Assembly: GCA_902515405.1 (NCBI GenBank)
Contig: CABXUS010000001.1
Location: forward strand, 26,639-90,638
Direction of reading: 5' to 3'
From: an uncultured Bacteroidota bacterium
Lineage (GTDB): Bacteria > Bacteroidota > Bacteroidia > Flavobacteriales > Flavobacteriaceae
Length of the DNA: 64,000 bases
Shown: positions 58,283 through 64,000 of the stretch, piece by piece
How the letters are laid out: every line of letters starts with the position of its first letter
Numbering within the stretch: position 1 is the first letter of the stretch
The notes under the pieces: model-generated
Told to the model about the DNA's origin: nothing
Database searches by the model: none
The model's input: only the letters and a program-made list of their open reading frames with translations
Made by a program: the position numbers and the translations under genes

Positions 58283-59713
58283 TTGGAAACAAAATTTGAT
58301 TTTAATGACAACTCTGAAAAGCCAGATATTAAAAAAAATGCATCTGGCTTATTTAATGGGATAATATTCTTTTTAAATAGCATACTAAGTTTCTATGAAG
58401 ATGTAGATAAAAATGCGACGGTAAACTCCATAAAAGCAGACATATCCATGAAAGGAACAACAGCATGGATATTAATTTGTTCTATTTTAATTGCATCTGT
58501 TGGTCTAAATGCAAATTCAACACCAGTTGTGATTGGAGCAATGTTAATTTCTCCTCTGTTAGGACCTATATTAGGTTTAGGGTTTTCAATAGCAACAAAT
58601 GACATTGAAACACTAAAAAATTCTCTTACCAACTTTATAGTTATGGTCTTTTTAAGTGTAATTACTGCGTATATATTTTTTGCAATCATTCCTGTTAGTG
58701 ATGAATCCCCTGAATTATTATCTAGATCATCATTTGATATAAGAGATGTATTAATCGCTTTTTTTGGAGGCTTAGCACTAATAATAGCTAAGACTAAGAA
58801 GGAGAATATAAGTTCAGCTATTTTTGGAGTTGCCATAGCTACTGCTCTAATGCCACCATTATGTACTGTTGGTTTTTATCTAGCACAACAAAATTTTACT
58901 AATGCACTTAGTGCATTGTATCTTTTCACTATTAATACCATGTATATTATAGTTGCAACATACATGGTCTTAAAAATTTTAAGATTTCCGCTAATTAATT
59001 ATGCTAATTCAAGTAGAAGGGGCTTTGTAAATAAAATTGTAAGTTTTACATCTATATTAATTCTTATTTATCCAATTTTTACTTTTAAAGAAGTGATCAA
59101 TAAGAGTAGGTTTGATTCTCAAAGTGAAAATTTTTTGAAAAATGAATTGGTTGGATTACCAAACTATGATATACTAATTGAAAGATCATCTGCTAGTTAT
59201 AATGATGGTAATTCAAAAATTACGATTAACACTTATGGTCAAAAGCCTCTCAGTGATGAAACGATATCATTCCTTAATAAAAAGAAGGATACTTACTCTG
59301 TATTGATTAATTCAACTCTCGAATTTGTTCAAGACAATAATAATTTAATTAATTCAAATCAGTTTGTTAAAGAATTGAGGTATAGGGATTCAATTGAACT
59401 TATTTCAAAGACAAATGAGATAAATAAGTTGAATAAAAGATTAAGTGATTTAGAAAAACTAAGCAGAGAAAAACTAATATTTAATTCCCTTTCTAAAGAG
59501 GTAAAAATAATTTATCCAAGTCTTAAACAGTTTGAAATTTTCGAAACTATAAAGACAGATTTTAATTCAATAGATACAATATTAGTTTTTTCATTGAAAT
59601 GGGATGAAAAATTAAACATTGATGAAAAAATTAAACTTAACAAAAATATTCAAGGCTGGTTAGAGTTTCAATTGGAGGGTGATGAATTTGAAATTAGAAG
59701 TAATATTAACTAA
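58283..59713 (+). CDS. DUF389-family membrane protein with a C-terminal soluble extension (TTG start)
   Basis: 476 aa. GAMLISPLLGPILGLG and ALMPPLCTVG motifs of DUF389. Confidence 0.6.
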   Translation: METKFDFNDNSEKPDIKKNASGLFNGIIFFLNSILSFYEDVDKNATVNSIKADISMKGTTAWILICSILIASVGLNANSTPVVIGAMLISPLLGPILGLGFSIATNDIETLKNSLTNFIVMVFLSVITAYIFFAIIPVSDESPELLSRSSFDIRDVLIAFFGGLALIIAKTKKENISSAIFGVAIATALMPPLCTVGFYLAQQNFTNALSALYLFTINTMYIIVATYMVLKILRFPLINYANSSRRGFVNKIVSFTSILILIYPIFTFKEVINKSRFDSQSENFLKNELVGLPNYDILIERSSASYNDGNSKITINTYGQKPLSDETISFLNKKKDTYSVLINSTLEFVQDNNNLINSNQFVKELRYRDSIELISKTNEINKLNKRLSDLEKLSREKLIFNSLSKEVKIIYPSLKQFEIFETIKTDFNSIDTILVFSLKWDEKLNIDEKIKLNKNIQGWLEFQLEGDEFEIRSNIN

Positions 59714-60456
59714 ACTCTAAGTTTTTTTAATAATTCTGAGGAGTAAACAAAATCATCAACTTCTTTATTTTTAGATTTTAATATTTCTTTATTTGTTCCT
59801 TGCCAAATCTTAAGCCCTTCTTTTAGAAAAACTATATTTTCACCTATTTCTATCACAGAATTCATATCATGCGAGTTTATAATTGTAGTAATATTATATT
59901 CCTTGGTGATTTCTTGAATAAGCTTATCAATTACTATAGCTGTCTTTGGGTCTAAGCCAGAATTAGGTTCATCACAAAAAAGATATTTTGGATTCATAAC
60001 TATAGCTCTTGCTATAGCAACTCTTTTTTGCATTCCACCTGAAAGTTCAGAGGGGAGTTTTTCAATTGCATCTTTAAGATTAACCCTTTCTATAAATTTT
60101 AAAGCTCTTTCATTTTTTTCATTCTCATCAATTTCTGTTAACATATCGAGAGGAAATCTAATATTTTCTAAAACATTCATTGAGTCAAATAAGGCACTAC
60201 CTTGAAATACCATACCCATTTGTCTACTAATTTCAAGTTTTTCATTAATACCCATATTTTTTGAAGAAATTCCATCATATAATATCTCACCTGAATTAAC
60301 TTCATAAAGACCTAATAAGCACTTAAGTAATACAGTTTTTCCAGATCCACTTTGACCTATTATTAGATTAGTTTTTCCTCTATAAAAAACTGTTTCAATT
60401 TTATTTAAAACCTCTGTTTTATCAAATGATTTATATATGTTTTTGACTTCTATCAT
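59710..60456 (-). CDS. ABC transporter ATP-binding protein (MlaF-like)
   Basis: 248 aa. Walker A GQSGSGKT, signature LSGGMQKR, Walker B LFCDEP. Confidence 0.85.
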   Translation of the reverse strand: MIEVKNIYKSFDKTEVLNKIETVFYRGKTNLIIGQSGSGKTVLLKCLLGLYEVNSGEILYDGISSKNMGINEKLEISRQMGMVFQGSALFDSMNVLENIRFPLDMLTEIDENEKNERALKFIERVNLKDAIEKLPSELSGGMQKRVAIARAIVMNPKYLFCDEPNSGLDPKTAIVIDKLIQEITKEYNITTIINSHDMNSVIEIGENIVFLKEGLKIWQGTNKEILKSKNKEVDDFVYSSELLKKLRV

Positions 60457-61191
60457 TTATGCAAGTAAGAGTTGTGTAACAATATAGTTTAAGATTATTA
60501 TGATAATAGAGGTCCAATAGAATGATCTAGTGCTTGCTTTACCAACATCCAGTGCACCACCTTTCATGTAGTATCCATGATATGATGGTACAGTTGCCAA
60601 TACAAATGCAAAAACCAATGTCTTTATATAAGAATATGTAATATGGTATGATTCAAAATCCATTTGTATTCCTTGGATATAGGACTCGCTTGGAACGCCT
60701 GTCAATGTCATTGCTAACAATCCTCCAATAATACCTAAAAACATCGCAATTGTTATTATAAAAGGATAAAGTAACATTGCAATAACTTTTGGAAAAACAA
60801 GATAGTTAAGAGAATTTATACCCATAACCTCTAATGCATCAATTTGTTCAGTAACCCTCATGGTACCAATACTTGAGGTAATATATGAGCCAACTTTTCC
60901 TGCCATAATTATTGATATGAATGTAGGTGCAAACTCAAGTATAACAGATTGTCTTGTGGCATAACCAATTAATGTTTTTGAAAGTAAGGGATTTTCTAAA
61001 TTTAATGCCATCTGAATTGAAACAACTCCACCAATAAAAAAAGATAATATTGAAACAATTTGAATGGAATCAAGTATAAGATCATTGATTTCTTTAAAAA
61101 TCTGTTTATATAAAACTTCTTTCTTACATGATTTACTAAAAGAAAGCTTAATCATTAAAAAATACTTTCCAATATCATGTAGAATGCCCAT
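60457..61191 (-). CDS. MlaE-family ABC transporter permease
   Basis: 244 aa. MRVTEQIDALEVMGIN motif, adjacent to the ATPase. Confidence 0.8.
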   Translation of the reverse strand: MGILHDIGKYFLMIKLSFSKSCKKEVLYKQIFKEINDLILDSIQIVSILSFFIGGVVSIQMALNLENPLLSKTLIGYATRQSVILEFAPTFISIIMAGKVGSYITSSIGTMRVTEQIDALEVMGINSLNYLVFPKVIAMLLYPFIITIAMFLGIIGGLLAMTLTGVPSESYIQGIQMDFESYHITYSYIKTLVFAFVLATVPSYHGYYMKGGALDVGKASTRSFYWTSIIIIILNYIVTQLLLA

Positions 61192-61192
61192 T

Positions 61193-62251
61193 TTATATTT
61201 GATATGTTATAGCATTTATATTCATTCCAGCTCCAACACTAGCAAATAAAATGACGTCTCCTTTTTTCAATTTATGATCTTTAAAATTAGTTTTTAATAC
61301 AATGTCATAAAGGGTAGGTACTGTGGCAACTGAAGAATTACCATAAATATCAACACTAATTGGCATTATATTTTTAGGTATCTCTTTATCGTATTGTTTA
61401 TAAAAATACTTAAGAACAGCTTCATCAAGTTTTTCATTTGCTTGATGTATGAATATTTTTTTTACATCATCAATTGATTTTCCACTTTCCTCTAAACATG
61501 CTTTTAAAGCACCAGGAATATTTGAAATAGCAAATTCATAAACTTTTCTACCATTCATTTTAATATGCTTTATGTTTTCTTTGTTTTTGGGGCTATAAGA
61601 TTCTTTACAAAATAGGTATAAAGCCTCTTTACCAGCTTTGGTGATAGTTTTGTGAGACAGAATACCACCTATATTATTGTTTTCTTCAACTATTGAAGCA
61701 CCTGCACCATCGGCAAAAATCATTGAATCTCTATCAGATTTGTCAATAGTTCTAGATAAAGTATCAGCCCCAATAACTAAACATCTTTTAGCTATTTTAG
61801 AGATTATAAATGATTTTGCTTGAATTACACCCTCAATCCAACCTGGGCAACCAAAAATTAAATCATATGCGACACAATTTTCATTTGAAATTTCTAATTT
61901 ATGCTTTACTAATGTAGCTACTGATGGGAGAGAAATATATTGATTTGTGCCATACTCAATATTTCCAAAATTATGAGCTACAATTATATAGTCTATAGAC
62001 TCTTTATCAATTTTAGCATCCTTAATGGCCTCTGCTGCTGCAAATGCTGCTAAGTCTGAATTAGTATGTTCTTTATCCGCATATCTTCTTTCTTTAATTC
62101 CAGTTATAGCTTGAAACTTTTCAATAATTTCTAGATTTGAGTTTTGATAAGGATTCCCGTCTTTATCAAAAAACTCTTTATTTAAAAATGAATTATTATC
62201 AATTTTATTTTTTGGTATAAATGAACCTGTACCGGTTATATGTATCGGCAT
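61193..62251 (-). CDS. 3-oxoacyl-ACP synthase III (FabH-type)
   Basis: 352 aa. Active-site Cys in FGCPGW, HQAN, and GNSSVATVP. Confidence 0.8.
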   Translation of the reverse strand: MPIHITGTGSFIPKNKIDNNSFLNKEFFDKDGNPYQNSNLEIIEKFQAITGIKERRYADKEHTNSDLAAFAAAEAIKDAKIDKESIDYIIVAHNFGNIEYGTNQYISLPSVATLVKHKLEISNENCVAYDLIFGCPGWIEGVIQAKSFIISKIAKRCLVIGADTLSRTIDKSDRDSMIFADGAGASIVEENNNIGGILSHKTITKAGKEALYLFCKESYSPKNKENIKHIKMNGRKVYEFAISNIPGALKACLEESGKSIDDVKKIFIHQANEKLDEAVLKYFYKQYDKEIPKNIMPISVDIYGNSSVATVPTLYDIVLKTNFKDHKLKKGDVILFASVGAGMNINAITYQI

Positions 62252-62281
62252 ATCAATATTTTGTTCAAAAATAGCAATTAA

Positions 62282-64000
62282 TTAGGATTCAATATAATCT
62301 TCGATTGGAGCACAAGTACAAATAAGATTTCTATCTCCAAATGCTTCGTCAATTCTTGTAACTGCTGGCCAAAATTTATTTTCTTTTAAATAAGAAATTG
62401 GATAAGCAGCTTGTTCTCTTGAATATTTAAACTTCCATTTATCGCTTGTTAATGTGTTTTGAGTATGAGGGGAGTTTTTTAATAAGTTATAATCATCATG
62501 TTTTGAGCAACCTAAAATTTCACTTTTAATCGAAATTAAAGCATTACAAAATCTGTCAATTTCCTCTAAATTTTCACTCTCAGTTGGTTCAATCATCATC
62601 GTTCCTGCTACAGGGAATGACACAGTAGGTGCATGAAATCCATAATCTATGAGTCTTTTAGCAATATCCATAACACCAATTCCGTAGTCTTCTTTAAAAT
62701 CTCTACAATCAATAATTAATTCGTGACCAGATCTTCCATTTTCTCCCTGATAGAGTATTTTAAAATCTTTTTCTATTCTTTTTTTGATGTAATTAGCATT
62801 TAAAATAGCTATTTCGGTAGCTCTTTTCAGACCCTCTGGTCCCATCATACATATGTACCCGTAGGATATAAGACATGCCATTGCAGATCCCCATGGGGCT
62901 GCTGAGATAGCTTTGACTCCAAATTTTTTAGTAATATTTCTATCTGTTTGTGGTAGAAAGTCTACTAAATGTTTAGCTACGCATATTGGCCCAACTCCTG
63001 GACCACCTCCTCCGTGTGGTATAGAAAAAGTTTTATGTAAGTTTAAATGACATACATCAGCACCAATTGAGTATGGGTTAGTCAAACCAACTTGGGCATT
63101 CATATTAGCTCCATCCATGTATACTTGACCTCCATTATCATGTATTGTTTGGGTAATTCTTTTAATTGAAGACTCAAAAACTCCATGAGTTGATGGGTAG
63201 GTGATCATTAAGGCTGCTAGATTTTCACTATGCTTATTAGCTTTTTCTTTAAGGTCTTCTTCGTCAATATTTCCAAATTTATCGGTACCAACAACAATAA
63301 CTTTCATTCCTGCCATAACAGCAGATGCAGGGTTGGTTCCGTGAGCTGAGGCTGGAATTATACAAATAGTTCTATTAGTTTGGTTAATGCTTTTAAAGTA
63401 AGATCTAATAACCATTAAACCTGCGTATTCACCTTGCGCACCAGAATTAGGCTGCAAAGAGGTACCGCTAAAGCCAGTAATTTCATTTAATTGTAATTCA
63501 AGTTTATTCAACATTAAATTATAACCCTCAACTTGATTATATGGGGCAAAAGGATGAATATTATTCCAACGTGCTGAGCTTAGTGGTAACATTTCGGCGG
63601 CTGCATTTAACTTCATTGTACAAGAGCCTAACGCTATCATGGAATGATTTAATGCAAGGTCTTTTCTCTCTAATGATTTAATATATCTCATCATGGAAGT
63701 TTCAGAATGGTATGAATTAAATACTTTTTCTTCGAGAAAACTAGATTGACGACTAAGTGTTTTAGGAATAGATTTAAAATTAATTTTTGAAAAATCTAAA
63801 TCTAAATCTTTAGCAGTTACATAGGAAAAAACTTCAATGATTTTAGTAATATCCTCAATTTCTGTAGCTTCATTTATGGATATTGTAAACTCATCATTAT
63901 TTATATAATTGAAATTAAGTTTGTTCTGTACAGCTATCTCCTTAACTTTTTTTGTTGGAAATTTGTAGTGTAGAGTATCAAAATAAATATTATTAACTTG
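62282..64000 (-). CDS. gcvP: glycine dehydrogenase (decarboxylating) GcvP, C-terminal ~570 aa (5' end beyond the window)
   Basis: The frame stays open upstream of the track's Met (..YHSETSMMRYIKSLERKDLALNHSMIALGSCTMKLNA). PLP-lysine region HLNLHKTFSIPHGGGGPG. Confidence 0.9.
   Translation of the reverse strand, partial: QVNNIYFDTLHYKFPTKKVKEIAVQNKLNFNYINNDEFTISINEATEIEDITKIIEVFSYVTAKDLDLDFSKINFKSIPKTLSRQSSFLEEKVFNSYHSETSMMRYIKSLERKDLALNHSMIALGSCTMKLNAAAEMLPLSSARWNNIHPFAPYNQVEGYNLMLNKLELQLNEITGFSGTSLQPNSGAQGEYAGLMVIRSYFKSINQTNRTICIIPASAHGTNPASAVMAGMKVIVVGTDKFGNIDEEDLKEKANKHSENLAALMITYPSTHGVFESSIKRITQTIHDNGGQVYMDGANMNAQVGLTNPYSIGADVCHLNLHKTFSIPHGGGGPGVGPICVAKHLVDFLPQTDRNITKKFGVKAISAAPWGSAMACLISYGYICMMGPEGLKRATEIAILNANYIKKRIEKDFKILYQGENGRSGHELIIDCRDFKEDYGIGVMDIAKRLIDYGFHAPTVSFPVAGTMMIEPTESENLEEIDRFCNALISIKSEILGCSKHDDYNLLKNSPHTQNTLTSDKWKFKYSREQAAYPISYLKENKFWPAVTRIDEAFGDRNLICTCAPIEDYIES

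Noticed and set aside
58393-58836. 147-aa minus-strand ORF
   Set aside because: It is antisense to the DUF389 membrane domain. Its hydrophobic translation is the mirror of the sense transmembrane helices.
1-64000. Window-wide look for CRISPR arrays, rRNA, IS elements or inverted terminal repeats, riboswitch-like GC-rich intergenic islands, and toxin-antitoxin pairs
   Set aside because: The only GC-rich intergenic islands are the two tRNAs and the tRNA fragment. Other spacers are short and AT-rich. No repeat-spacer periodicity or transposase-like ORF was seen. This was a by-eye scan, so short or diverged elements could have been missed.

Overview
AT-rich (about 30% GC by eye), very gene-dense chromosomal segment of Bacteroidota/Flavobacteriia type. 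Supporting signs are gldJ, porV, a cargo protein with a T9SS C-terminal sorting domain, TAnnTTTG promoter boxes, no Shine-Dalgarno sequences, many 1-20 nt gene overlaps and several TTG starts. Most of the window is ordinary core metabolism and envelope function: trkAH, an aspartate-type aminotransferase, rsmG, pruA, apaG, the complete nqrABCDEF-apbE operon, map, gpmI, an M1 peptidase, tatA, a Cys-type sulfatase, a TolC/RND/MFP efflux operon, yjbQ, an M20 amidohydrolase, YceI, an amidase, murF, gldJ, porV, pdhA plus E2, an MlaEF-like ABC pair, a FabH-type KAS III and the 3' two-thirds of gcvP. RNA genes are tRNA-Gly(UCC), tRNA-Val(GAC) and a 39-nt orphan copy of the tRNA-Val 5' half. I found no CRISPR array, IS element or transposase, integrase, rRNA, restriction-modification system or recognisable phage-defence genes. 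Three places deserve a second look. (1) The gldJ-porV interval, where porU is expected, instead holds an HprK-like P-loop protein, a 751-aa T9SS cargo and an unannotated 51-codon ORF with a Tat-like signal and its own strong terminator. (2) A small ORFan islet next to tRNA-Val is bounded by a duplicated tRNA 5' half. (3) A VWA plus ChlI-like AAA+ pair of unknown function carries degenerate Walker motifs. None of these can be shown to be a new system from the sequence alone. All function calls rest on motif recognition by eye, not on database searches.
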